The notes under the pieces: generated by a model | The model's database searches: none | The model's input: only the letters and a program-made list of their open reading frames with translations | What the model was told of the DNA's origin: nothing | Translations under genes and position numbers: made by a program | In this document: positions 30,229-39,343 of the stretch, in pieces | Layout: the number at the start of each line of letters is the position of its first letter | How positions within the stretch are numbered: the first letter of the stretch is position 1 | Origin: Candidatus Latescibacterota bacterium | GTDB taxonomy: Bacteria > Latescibacterota > CBDEFO01 | Reading direction: 5' to 3' | DNA: 64,000 bases | Assembly: GCA_965248755.1 (NCBI GenBank) | Contig: OZ252149.1 | Location: forward strand, 4,448,001-4,512,000

Positions 30229-30927
30229 TCAGCAGTTCTTTGCGCATCTGAAGCCGAAGTCGCTGAATCTATGGGAGGGATCTAAACTGCTGCGGGCGGC
30301 GCATCGGCTGATTTTTATTTCGTGGCGCCAGGAGCCTCCTTTGGCTACGCGCCGGGCTGCTGTATCGGGGCCTCTCGGATTGCACTCTGGAGAATATTGG
30401 AAGTAGTGGGGATCGTACCAGTCATAGCACCATTCGTGTACGCCGTCGTCCATGTTGTAGAGACCGTAGTTGTTAGGTTCTCCTGTTGCAACGGGTTTGA
30501 GCTCTTCCTGGCGCCCCAAGCCATAATAATCCTCATCCGAAGGTCTTTCATCTCCCCAGGGGTAATCTTTACCTTCCAATCCGCCTCTTGAGGCCTTTTC
30601 TCTCTCGGCTTCTGTGGGCAATCTGTACTCGTCTCCTGTCAACTGGATAAGCCATTTGCAGTAGGCGACAGCGTCGTACCAGCTCGGTCCGACCGCGGGC
30701 TGATTGGGATCGCTGAATTTCTCCTCGTACCAGAAATCGGGTTCCTGATGTCCTGTGTCCTGTAGAAAGAAGGCATATTCTCTCCTGGTAACAGCGTGTA
30801 TCGCTATCCTGAAGTCATCTACCCAGACCCTCTGTACAGGTTTTTCATTGTCCCTTCCGTTGTGACTGCCCATCAGGAAATTGCCTTCGGGGATCACTAC
30901 AGTTTTAGGAACTATGAATTCAGGCAT
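30229..30927 (-). CDS. Formylglycine-generating enzyme (SUMF1) family domain protein
   Basis: 'F.MGS', 'RLPTEAE.EKA.RGG', 'N.YGLY.M', 'GGSW', 'GFRC'. Lacks the FGE catalytic Cys pair. Confidence 0.88.
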   Translation of the reverse strand: MPEFIVPKTVVIPEGNFLMGSHNGRDNEKPVQRVWVDDFRIAIHAVTRREYAFFLQDTGHQEPDFWYEEKFSDPNQPAVGPSWYDAVAYCKWLIQLTGDEYRLPTEAEREKASRGGLEGKDYPWGDERPSDEDYYGLGRQEELKPVATGEPNNYGLYNMDDGVHEWCYDWYDPHYFQYSPECNPRGPDTAARRVAKGGSWRHEIKISRCAARSSLDPSHRFSDFGFRCAKNC

Positions 30928-30932
30928 GTAAT

Positions 30933-31562
30933 TCAGAGAGGGAATATGAGTCCAAAGCTTATTACAAGTGTGTTCTTATCGCCGTCGGGTCTTACGAAAA
31001 TCCTACCTCTTGAGGGTAGAAAGCCTCCTATCTCTATGGATGATACGAAGTCTCTGATCTCTGCTCGTATGCCGATATGACGAGAGATAAGGAAGTTGAT
31101 TCCGCCTCCGAAGTTGAACGACAGTTCGCTTGTTGCATCGAGGTCTTCTATATCGGTGGTAGTCCCTCCTATGCCACCTGTGGTGAACGTGACGACGCGG
31201 CTGGACAAGATAAAATTGTAGGTCGCGTTTACGTGGTAGAGAAAGACTGTGGCATCAGCGTTGAGTTTTGAGACGGCCGTGTTTGTGGTCTCATTGATGA
31301 CGGTTCCTGTGAAAGATGGACGGCTCAATGCGAATCCCGCTTCAAAGGAGTAGCGTCGGGTTAGATAGTATCTGTAGATAGCTCCGAAGCTGCCAGAATC
31401 GTCAAAGCGTCTATCTTCGAACTGAAAAGTTCCGATAAGGGCGGAGACCTCCGATCTTCCGGGAGTTATCTGCGCTGAGCATATAGTGCAGGACGTAAAC
31501 AGTTTTAGAATAGCTAGAATGGTAGAGAATATGTAGGTTCTGTTTTTCAATGTCATATCCAA
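30933..31562 (-). CDS. Outer membrane beta-barrel protein
   Basis: Signal peptide, alternating beta-strand pattern, 'NFGGG', 'IRAEIRD'. Confidence 0.75.
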   Translation of the reverse strand: MDMTLKNRTYIFSTILAILKLFTSCTICSAQITPGRSEVSALIGTFQFEDRRFDDSGSFGAIYRYYLTRRYSFEAGFALSRPSFTGTVINETTNTAVSKLNADATVFLYHVNATYNFILSSRVVTFTTGGIGGTTTDIEDLDATSELSFNFGGGINFLISRHIGIRAEIRDFVSSIEIGGFLPSRGRIFVRPDGDKNTLVISFGLIFPL

Positions 31563-31628
31563 ATGTTGGGTAGTCTGAGGTCACCCAAGCACTTTGCCGG
31601 CCTATTGTCCCAATTTCCTTGCCTGTCA

Positions 31629-31657
31629 AAGATAGTTGCAGAAGCCTTGGTTGTCAA
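31629..31657 (-). promoter_or_regulatory. Putative sigma70 promoter for the beta-barrel gene
   Basis: Minus strand TTGACA-N17-TATCTT. Confidence 0.6.
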
Positions 31658-31698
31658 CAATTTTCAAGATCTTCCGAGATGAAGTGGATCATTTTCTA

Positions 31699-31727
31699 TT
31701 GACAACGGTTACAGGCAATAGTATAAT
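31699..31727 (+). promoter_or_regulatory. Consensus sigma70 promoter
   Basis: TTGACA-N17-TATAAT, perfect match. Confidence 0.85.
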
Positions 31728-31733
31728 ATGGTC

Positions 31734-31845
31734 AAGGACAATTGCTGATCCCAAAGATATAATGAAAATGTAAGGTGGAGTAGCTACAAACCTTGCGATA
31801 TACTGTTATCATCATGTTCAGAGCAGTAGACTAAGCCTTAAGATT
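31734..31845 (+). ncRNA. Candidate structured leader RNA, yybP-ykoY (Mn2+ riboswitch)-like
   Basis: TAAGGTGGAGTAGCT and GTTATCATCATG resemble yybP-ykoY conserved segments. TAAGG/CCTTA and CTAC/GTAG can pair. Lies between a consensus promoter and a terminator. Confidence 0.3.
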
Positions 31846-31849
31846 CTGT

Positions 31850-31884
31850 TCCCGACTTTCCTTGTCGTTGAAGGTCGGGATTTT
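31850..31884 (+). terminator. Intrinsic terminator/attenuator hairpin in the ABC operon leader
   Basis: TCCCGACTTTC...GAAGGTCGGGA followed by TTTT. Confidence 0.65.
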
Positions 31885-31954
31885 CCCTTATATAGGGATA
31901 AATCGGCCTGTCATAACAGTGATTTGACCCCAGTCATTTGTCATTACAATTATT

Positions 31955-32791
31955 ATGGATATCGTTCTTAAAGCCGAACGTATAAGATGCGGTTACGGGG
32001 ATGCGGATGTGCTGAGGGGCATTGATTTGGAACTTGAGAGAGGAGACTTTATCGGAGTGATCGGTCCTAACGGTTCGGGGAAGAGTACGCTTTTGAAGGC
32101 TCTAAGCGCGGCTATAGGTCTGAAAGAGGGGAGTGTCTATCTGTTTGGAAATAGGATAGATAAGCTTTCCAGTAAAAAGATAGCTAGAAGGGTAGGGGTA
32201 ATACCTCAGGATACGATTGTGAATTTTGCCTTTTCTGTGATGGATATTGTGCTTATGGGGAGAACTCCCCATCTGAGAAGGTTCCAATCTGTGGGAAAGA
32301 AAGATTTGGATATGGTTTATGAGGCTATGGATTGGACGGCTACAGTTCACCTGAAGGATAGACTCATAACGGAGCTTTCGGGAGGAGAAAGGCAGAGGGT
32401 GATCATAGCCAGAGCCTTAGCTCAAGAGACTGACATCCTGTTTTTGGACGAACCTACAAGCCATCTGGACATTAATCATCAGGTGGAGATATTCGATCTC
32501 CTTCATAATCTAAACCGGGAGAAGAACTTAACAATTTTATGTGTGTCTCACGATCTGAATTTTTCAGCGGAGTACTGCAGGAGGATTATGCTTTTGAAAG
32601 ACGGGGTAACGTTTAGGTACGGGACGCCCCAAGAGATTATCACAGCTGAGAATATAAAGGAGGTATATGGAGCTGATGTCGTCGTTCAGCCGAGTCCCGT
32701 AGGCGGGGCACCCCATATTGTGATAGTATCGAATAGGAATAGACCTGAAACAACAGTGGGAGATAGACGGACATTACAGTCGAAATCATAG
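31955..32791 (+). CDS. Iron-chelate/cobalamin ABC transporter ATP-binding protein (BtuD/FhuC-like)
   Basis: 'GPNGSGKST', 'LMGRTPH', 'LSGGERQR', 'LDEPTSHLD', 'HDLN'. Confidence 0.93.
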   Translation: MDIVLKAERIRCGYGDADVLRGIDLELERGDFIGVIGPNGSGKSTLLKALSAAIGLKEGSVYLFGNRIDKLSSKKIARRVGVIPQDTIVNFAFSVMDIVLMGRTPHLRRFQSVGKKDLDMVYEAMDWTATVHLKDRLITELSGGERQRVIIARALAQETDILFLDEPTSHLDINHQVEIFDLLHNLNREKNLTILCVSHDLNFSAEYCRRIMLLKDGVTFRYGTPQEIITAENIKEVYGADVVVQPSPVGGAPHIVIVSNRNRPETTVGDRRTLQSKS

Positions 32792-32850
32792 AATGTGATA
32801 GAGATCACAGGAAAAAGGCACGCATTTATATTTTCGATGTGCCTGTTGTG

Positions 32851-33111
32851 AATGTGCCGGGAGTGGCCAGGACGGCATAGCCTTTTTTACCTTTGCCATG
32901 GTGCTTGGAAGCGATCCTGATGTGATCTTTACAAGTTGTATGGTGCGGAATAGGGGTGAGAATCAAGAAAAGTAAAAGGCTGGACAGTCCTATCGGCTCT
33001 GATCGAAGGGAGCGAGTATTACATGCATATCTGGAACGGGCTGGGCAAAGGCTGTTAGATGCCTTAGAACCTATGAGGGAATATATTTTCTCCCAGATAT
33101 TTGGGAGGTAA
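32851..33111 (+). pseudogene. Decayed C-terminal remnant of a BtuF-like substrate-binding protein gene
   Basis: Three frames give, in order, 'VLGSDPDVIF', 'KGWTVLSA' and 'LERAGQRLLDALE...IFGR*', matching class III binding-protein C-terminal motifs. Confidence 0.65.
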
Positions 33112-33139
33112 ACCAGGGAAGCCGTCCTTCTTTGTAACT

Positions 33140-34183
33140 ATGATAATATTCAAACAATTAAGGTTTATTATCCCTATTTTAGTAGTTGCCTTATGCGGGT
33201 CTGCGCTCCTCTCGATAAGAGTAGGTGTTGTTGAAATATCTTTGAAGGATGCAGTGGGGATAATCTTGAGTCAGACACCGCTTATAGGGAGCGTGTCTGC
33301 AGAATCGGTGTTTGATGAGACAAGCCGGACTATCATATCAAGGATCAGACTTCCGAGGCTGATTTTGACCATGCTTGTAGGGGCTGCGCTTGCGATGTCG
33401 GGAACGGTTATGCAGGGCTTCTTTCAAAATCCTATGGCTGATCCCTACATCGTGGGTGTCTCTTCAGGGGCAGCTTTGGGCGCGACAACAGCGATGGCTC
33501 TGGGGATAGATCTTACGTTTGTGGGGCTAAGCTCAGTTCCTGTGATGGCATTTTCAGGGGCATTATGTGTGACGTTCCTGGTCTATGGGCTGAGTCTGAG
33601 AGCTGGAAAAGTGATGGCTTCTATTCTGCTTTTAACAGGGATCGCCATAGGGGCTTTAGCATCTGCACTAACGTCGTTTATTATGCTGATGAGCGATGAG
33701 AATTTACACACTATTTTCTTCTGGCTTATGGGAAGCTTCTCCGCAGGATCGTGGAAGCATGTCCTGATGGTGTTTCCGTATATTCTTACGGGGTCCGCAA
33801 TAATTCTGGTCTTTGCCAGGGACATGAATGTTATGCTTTTAGGCGAGGAATCGGCGCGTCACTTGGGGATAGAGGTGGAAAGGGTAAAGAGAATTCTTCT
33901 AGTTGTAGCGTCTCTTTTGGCTGCATCGGCTGTAGCGGTGAGCGGGATAATAGGTTTTGTAGGCTTGATTGTTCCCCATATTATGAGAATGGTGGTGGGA
34001 CCTGACCACAGGAGACTCTTGCCAACTTCTCTTCTGTCGGGCGCAATATTGATGGTACTGGCAGATACAGCAGCAAGGATCGTGGTAGCTCCATCGGAGA
34101 TGCCTATAGGGATCATTACTGCGATCCTTGGCTGTCCATTTTTTGTCTTCCTGCTATCAAGGAGAAAGGATATCAATATATAG
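33140..34183 (+). CDS. FecCD/BtuC family ABC permease
   Basis: 'IRLPR', 'QNPMADPYIVGVSSGA', 'GEESARHLG', 'IGFVGLIVPH', 'G.PFF'. Confidence 0.93.
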   Translation: MIIFKQLRFIIPILVVALCGSALLSIRVGVVEISLKDAVGIILSQTPLIGSVSAESVFDETSRTIISRIRLPRLILTMLVGAALAMSGTVMQGFFQNPMADPYIVGVSSGAALGATTAMALGIDLTFVGLSSVPVMAFSGALCVTFLVYGLSLRAGKVMASILLLTGIAIGALASALTSFIMLMSDENLHTIFFWLMGSFSAGSWKHVLMVFPYILTGSAIILVFARDMNVMLLGEESARHLGIEVERVKRILLVVASLLAASAVAVSGIIGFVGLIVPHIMRMVVGPDHRRLLPTSLLSGAILMVLADTAARIVVAPSEMPIGIITAILGCPFFVFLLSRRKDINI

Positions 34184-34293
34184 GATTTACCTACTGAAAT
34201 AGAGCAAATTGCTTGATAAATTGTGCGAATCATATTAGATTAAATTATATCGCTTTGTTCTTGAAGAACCTATCCTTTACAGGGGAAGAGAAA

Positions 34294-35517
34294 GTGGATT
34301 ATCCCAGGATTCGTAATATAGAAGCCTTCCCGACGGAAATGTCGGGTCAAAAGGTAGTTTGTCTACGCGATCCGCTGCAGTTCACAGATAACATGCTTTT
34401 TGTGCCTTTTAACGTGTTCTTTATTATTAACATGTTCGATGGACAGCATTCTATCCTGGATATTCAGACGGCTTATTCCAGAAAGTATGGGGATCTCCTG
34501 TTCAGCGATCGTCTGAAAGAAATAATGGATCAGTTAGATTCCTATCTGTTTTTGGAAAGCGACAGGTTCAGCCAATTCAAGAGGAATATGGAACAGGAGT
34601 TTAAAGATAGCCAGATCAGGAGAGCGTCGCACGCAGGGAGCGCGTATCAGGAGGATCCTGAGGCCCTGAGATCGCAGCTAGGGAGCTTTTTCAGTTCTCC
34701 AGAGGGGCCGGGCCAGCCCGTAGTGGAGACTCCCTCAGGAGAGTTGAAGGGCGTGATCTCCCCGCACATAGATTTCAGCAGAGGAGGTGTGTGTTCTGCA
34801 TGGGCTTATAAAGAGGTGGCTGAGCGGTGCGATGCCGATGTCTTTGTGATCTTCGGCACCGGGCATTCTGCTGCCAATATGTTTGCCGTTACATCCAAGG
34901 ATTTTGGGACTCCGCTTGGAATTGTAAGATCGCATAGGGATTTTATAGGGCAATTGGGAGAATTATGCGAACAGGACATTTTTGAGGACGAGTTTGCGCA
35001 TAGAACTGAACATTCTATCGAATTCCAAGTGCTCTTTCTCCAGTATCTTTTTGGAGGTAAGAAGGATATAAAGATAGTCCCAATTCTGTGCGGGTCCTTT
35101 AATCAGATGATGCTTGACGAAAGGATACCGTGTAAGGACGAACACTTTACAGATTTCGTGGAAGCATTGAGGATTGCTATAGATGCATGCGGCAAGAAAG
35201 TATGCTTCGTAGCTGGGGTGGATCTTGCTCACATGGGTGCAAAGTTCGGAGATCAAGGGCCTTTGACTTCTGGGTTTCTAGAGTGGGTGGAAGATGAGGA
35301 TAAAAGAATGTTAGATTTCGTGGAAAAGGTGGACTTGGAAGGATTCTTTCACTCTGTCAGGAAGGATAATGACAGAAGAAGGATCTGTGGATTTTCATCT
35401 ATCTGCGCTATGCTGAGCGTTATGAACGCAAAAGAAGGCAGGGTTTTGAAGTACGATAAGGCTGTTGACAACCTGACGCAGTCTGTTGTGAGCTTTACAA
35501 GTGTGGCTTTTTACTAA
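34294..35517 (+). CDS. AmmeMemoRadiSam system protein B (MEMO1 family) with N-terminal extension
   Basis: 'HAGSAY', 'SPHID', 'TPLG', 'EHSIEFQ', 'VDLAH.G', 'ICG'. Confidence 0.88.
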   Translation: MDYPRIRNIEAFPTEMSGQKVVCLRDPLQFTDNMLFVPFNVFFIINMFDGQHSILDIQTAYSRKYGDLLFSDRLKEIMDQLDSYLFLESDRFSQFKRNMEQEFKDSQIRRASHAGSAYQEDPEALRSQLGSFFSSPEGPGQPVVETPSGELKGVISPHIDFSRGGVCSAWAYKEVAERCDADVFVIFGTGHSAANMFAVTSKDFGTPLGIVRSHRDFIGQLGELCEQDIFEDEFAHRTEHSIEFQVLFLQYLFGGKKDIKIVPILCGSFNQMMLDERIPCKDEHFTDFVEALRIAIDACGKKVCFVAGVDLAHMGAKFGDQGPLTSGFLEWVEDEDKRMLDFVEKVDLEGFFHSVRKDNDRRRICGFSSICAMLSVMNAKEGRVLKYDKAVDNLTQSVVSFTSVAFY

Positions 35518-35562
35518 TCTTGGCCTGCGGTTGTCTACCTTCAAATGACGGGGTCGGTAATA

Positions 35563-35982
35563 ATGGCTGACACAGTGAGATGTGGAATCTCCATAACTCC
35601 TACACTTTTGGATAGGTTTGATAACTTGATAGAGAAGCAAGGATACTCAAACAGGTCTGAGGCAATAAGGGACCTTATCAGGGATAAGCTGGTGGAGACA
35701 GAATGGGAGGAGAAGGATCACGAGATTGTAGGAGCTATTACAATCATCTACAGCCATGAAACCAGGGAAGTTTTAGATAAGCTCTTGGATCTTCAGCATC
35801 ACATTTTCAGTTCTATAATCTCCATCATACACGTTCATCTAAATGAGCAAAACTGCCTCGAAGTTATGGTCGTAAGGGGACGGGTGGGGTACGTTAAGGG
35901 GATAGCTGATAGGTTGATCAGTACTAAAGGTGTAAATCACGGCGAGCTTACGATGACTTCCCTGGGGGAACGGCTATGGTAA
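35563..35982 (+). CDS. nikR: Nickel-responsive regulator NikR
   Basis: RHH 'GYSNRSEAIRDLIR' and Ni ligands in 'QH...HVHL...CLEV'. Confidence 0.92.
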   Translation: MADTVRCGISITPTLLDRFDNLIEKQGYSNRSEAIRDLIRDKLVETEWEEKDHEIVGAITIIYSHETREVLDKLLDLQHHIFSSIISIIHVHLNEQNCLEVMVVRGRVGYVKGIADRLISTKGVNHGELTMTSLGERLW

Positions 35983-35995
35983 AAAGGGAGGGTAT

Positions 35996-36364
35996 ATGAA
36001 GGGAGACGTTATCCGTGTAAAGAATATGAGGTTCTATGCCTATCATGGGGATCTCCCCGAGGAGGCTAAATTGGGTCAGGAATTTCAGGTAGATTTGGAC
36101 GTCTGGACAGACTTTGCTAAGGCTGCAATGACAGATAATGTCAAAAATACTATACACTATGGTACAATTTACAGGTTAACTGAGGAGTTAGTAACAGGCA
36201 AGAGATTCAATTTAGTTGAGAAGTTGGCCGAGGAGATAGCTATGACTGTGAAGGACAAGTTGGATGTGGACGGGGTGCTTGTCAGAGTAAGGAAGCCTAA
36301 TACTCCTATAGAGGGGCACTTCGATTGCATAGAGGTGGAGATAAAGAGGGAGTTTTGTAAATAG
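35996..36364 (+). CDS. folB: Dihydroneopterin aldolase
   Basis: 'FYAYHG.LPEE..LGQ.F.VD', 'KP..PI'. Confidence 0.93.
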   Translation: MKGDVIRVKNMRFYAYHGDLPEEAKLGQEFQVDLDVWTDFAKAAMTDNVKNTIHYGTIYRLTEELVTGKRFNLVEKLAEEIAMTVKDKLDVDGVLVRVRKPNTPIEGHFDCIEVEIKREFCK

Positions 36365-36865
36365 ATGACAACGGCTTACATCGCTCTGGGATCCAATTGG
36401 GGAGATCGAATGGGATTCTTAAGTTCGGCTGTGGTGGCCCTTTCTGAGTCTGAAAGGATAAATGTAACGGCCTGGTCGTCAGTATATGAGACGGAGCCTA
36501 TGGAGGTAGAGAATCAGCAGTTTTTCTTGAATATGGTTGTGGAGGTAAAGATGGATCTAGGGCCGAGTCAACTCCTGGATAGGTTGAAAGAAATCGAAAG
36601 GAGCCTGGGAAGAAAGGATAAAGGTAAATTGGAGCCGAGGACTATAGATCTGGACCTGCTACTGTATGGGGATTTAGTTCTGAACGAAGATTCCTTGATC
36701 ATCCCTCATCCAAGGATGGAAAGTAGAGCTTTTGTGTTAGTTCCCCTTGCAGAGCTGACTCCTGATCTGATGCATCCTGTTTCTAAGACGAAAGTATCCG
36801 ATCTACTTGAAAATTGCAGGCATGGGAAGGTTGATTTCCTGGGCAGCTTGGATAATTCAGGATAA
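36365..36865 (+). CDS. folK: 6-hydroxymethyl-7,8-dihydropterin pyrophosphokinase
   Basis: 'ALGSN.GD', 'YETEP', 'PRTIDLDLL', 'PHPRM..RAFVL.PL'. Confidence 0.95.
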   Translation: MTTAYIALGSNWGDRMGFLSSAVVALSESERINVTAWSSVYETEPMEVENQQFFLNMVVEVKMDLGPSQLLDRLKEIERSLGRKDKGKLEPRTIDLDLLLYGDLVLNEDSLIIPHPRMESRAFVLVPLAELTPDLMHPVSKTKVSDLLENCRHGKVDFLGSLDNSG

Positions 36866-36901
36866 TCACTATTCAAAATCTATAACAATAATAGTTTCAT
36901 T

Positions 36902-37558
36902 TTGCCCATACGAGTGACCTTGAATCATCCGAAGTACATAGCTGTTGAGGGTATGATAGGTGTAGGGAAGACGACTCTTGCAAAGATATTGGCAGAGAAA
37001 TTAGAGATGAAACTTATCCTTGAAGAAGTGGAGAATCCCTTCCTGCCGAAGTTTTACGAAGATCCCACAAGATACGCTTTCCAAACACAGATGTTTTTCC
37101 TGTTGAGCAGGTATAGACAGCAGCAGAGGCTCATCCAACCAGATCTCTTCGAAAGCTCGATTGTGAGCGACTATCTTTTTGCCAAGGACAGGATATTTGC
37201 CCATGTGAATCTGGGCGATGAGGAATTGGCTCTGTACGAGAGATTGGCGACTTTGCTTGAGAAAGATATTCCGAAGCCGGATCTGGTGATATATCTTCAA
37301 TCGAATATCGAAAAACTGACGGAAACGATAAATCAAAGGGCAAGGGACAATGAAAGGGAGATAGACTCCGAGTATCTGCAGAATCTGAACGATGCGTATA
37401 ATCACTTTTTCTTCCACTATGATGAAACTACACTTTTAGTGGTAAGGGCATCTAACATAGATTTTTTGAAGGATACTAAAGGTTTGATATCCCAGATTGA
37501 AAACCCTTTTGTGGGAACAAAATACTACGTTCCGATGGGATCCCAACAAATGCTATGA
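36902..37558 (+). CDS. Deoxynucleoside kinase
   Basis: 'IAVEG.IGVGKTT', 'NPFL..FY', 'PDLVIYLQ'. Confidence 0.9.
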   Translation: MPIRVTLNHPKYIAVEGMIGVGKTTLAKILAEKLEMKLILEEVENPFLPKFYEDPTRYAFQTQMFFLLSRYRQQQRLIQPDLFESSIVSDYLFAKDRIFAHVNLGDEELALYERLATLLEKDIPKPDLVIYLQSNIEKLTETINQRARDNEREIDSEYLQNLNDAYNHFFFHYDETTLLVVRASNIDFLKDTKGLISQIENPFVGTKYYVPMGSQQML

Positions 37559-38361
37559 AAAAAGATAAGGTCACCGCGGTAAGACTCCTGGAGATGAAGG
37601 CAAAGGGCGAAAAGATCGCTGCATTGACGGCTTACGAGACGATATTCGCCTCCATTCTGGATGAGATAGGAGTAGATCTTGTTTTAGTCGGGGATACCTT
37701 GGGACAGACCTTTGCAGGCTACGATACTACTCTCCCTGTGACGGTAGATCAGATGGTGTACCACACTTGTATAGTGTCCAGATGTGTCGAGAGAGCGCTG
37801 GTAGTAGGAGATATGCCTTTTATGTCCTTCCAGGTGAGCCCTGAGGAGGCCTTAAAGAATGTGGGTAGAATTATAAAAGAAGGTGGTGCAGAGGCGGTAA
37901 AGCTCGAAGGCGGATCCCTGATAGTGGATACTGTAGACAAGATTGTGAACGCCGGGATCCCTGTTATGGGACACATCGGTCTGACCCCTCAGTCTGTGCA
38001 TAGAGTGGGTGGATTCAAGGTCCAGGGGAGGGAAGAAAAGGAAAGCGCGAAGCTTATTCAGGACGCTAAGGCTCTTGAGGAGGCTGGAGTCTTTAGTCTA
38101 GTACTGGAAGCGATGCCTTACGATCTGGCCAAGGATATAACTGCACGCCTCAAGGTTCCAACTATAGGGATAGGCGCGGGACCTCACTGCGACGGACAGA
38201 TACTGGTAACTCAGGATCTGTTGGGACTCTTTGAAAGATTTCTGCCCAAGTACGTCAGAAAGTACGCAGAGTTGGCAAAGGAGACAAGGCAGGCGTGTAA
38301 ATCTTATATCGAAGATGTAAAAGCGCAGAAGTATCCGTCTCTGGATGAAAGCTATGGATGA
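37555..38361 (+). CDS. panB: 3-methyl-2-oxobutanoate hydroxymethyltransferase
   Basis: 'LVGD', 'DMPF', 'VKLEGG', 'HIGLTPQS', 'GIGAG..CDGQILV'. Confidence 0.96.
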   Translation: MKKDKVTAVRLLEMKAKGEKIAALTAYETIFASILDEIGVDLVLVGDTLGQTFAGYDTTLPVTVDQMVYHTCIVSRCVERALVVGDMPFMSFQVSPEEALKNVGRIIKEGGAEAVKLEGGSLIVDTVDKIVNAGIPVMGHIGLTPQSVHRVGGFKVQGREEKESAKLIQDAKALEEAGVFSLVLEAMPYDLAKDITARLKVPTIGIGAGPHCDGQILVTQDLLGLFERFLPKYVRKYAELAKETRQACKSYIEDVKAQKYPSLDESYG

Positions 38362-38406
38362 CAACGGACCGGAATTGCGCATAATAATAAGTCCGCAAAG
38401 ATTCAA

Positions 38407-39261
38407 ATGCCGCTTAAAACAATTATAGATGCTGTCGACCAAATGCATACTTGGGCAGACGAGGCAAGGTCTACAAAGATGAAAATAGGCTTAGTGCCTA
38501 CTATGGGTTTTCTGCATCAAGGGCATCTGAGTCTGGTAAAAAAGGCAAGAGATAAGGCAGATCAAGTTGTGGTGAGTATATTTGTGAATCCGGGCCAGTT
38601 TGAACCGAACGAAGACTTTGAGGACTATCCGAGAGATTTCGAAAGAGATGTGACTCTGATAGGGAAGGCTGGTGGTGATGTGATCTTCGCTCCCTCTGTG
38701 GAAGAGATTTACCCTGAGGGTTTTAGTACTTACGTGAAAGTAGAGAAATTAACTGCAGGTCTTTGTGCGGTATCACGTCCCTCTCACTTCCAGGGAGTGA
38801 CTATTGTTGTGATCAAGCTGCTCTGCTGTGTGAAGCCGCACTTTGCGGTGTTCGGTCAAAAGGACGCTCAGCAGGCGTTCGTTATAAAAAGGATGGTCCA
38901 GGATCTAAACATGGATGTGGAGATAGTAGTGTGTCCGACAGTCAGGGCGGAGGACGGCATCGCTATGAGTTCGCGGAATATGTATCTCTCTCACCAGGAG
39001 AGGGAAGATGCTACGATTCTGTTCAAGTCTCTTCAAAGGGCAAGAAAGATGATAGGAGAGGGACAAAGGGAAGCTGACAAAATAATCAAGGTTATGAAGG
39101 ATATGATAGAGGAACAGAGGACGGCCAGGGTAGATTATGTGTCAATTGTAGATACTCTAAATCTGAAAGAGATAGATACGATTGAAGGGGAGGTGCTGAT
39201 AGCTCTTGCAGTATGGTTTGGGAGCGCAAGATTGATAGATAATGCGATAGTATCAGTTTAA
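38407..39261 (+). CDS. panC: Pantoate--beta-alanine ligase
   Basis: 'PTMGFLHQGH', 'SIFVNP', 'FGQKDAQQ', 'MSSRN', 'RLIDN'. Confidence 0.96.
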   Translation: MPLKTIIDAVDQMHTWADEARSTKMKIGLVPTMGFLHQGHLSLVKKARDKADQVVVSIFVNPGQFEPNEDFEDYPRDFERDVTLIGKAGGDVIFAPSVEEIYPEGFSTYVKVEKLTAGLCAVSRPSHFQGVTIVVIKLLCCVKPHFAVFGQKDAQQAFVIKRMVQDLNMDVEIVVCPTVRAEDGIAMSSRNMYLSHQEREDATILFKSLQRARKMIGEGQREADKIIKVMKDMIEEQRTARVDYVSIVDTLNLKEIDTIEGEVLIALAVWFGSARLIDNAIVSV

Positions 39262-39343
39262 GACGAATCTAGCGGTTAGGTATAAATTGAATTGCCGCAG
39301 GACTTCGGTTGCATCAACTTACATTTGGTAAATTCGCTATCCA

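Noticed and set aside
31909..31948. TGTCATAACA / TGTCATTACA direct repeat as a NikR operator
   Set aside because: Does not match the GTATGA-N16-TCATAC inverted geometry, and could be chance or short-repeat noise.
31734..31950. Cobalamin riboswitch, THF riboswitch or 6S RNA in the ABC leader
   Set aside because: No B12 box or GGGAA..CCC core. Only GAGTAG matches THF. Too short and not convincingly 6S-like.
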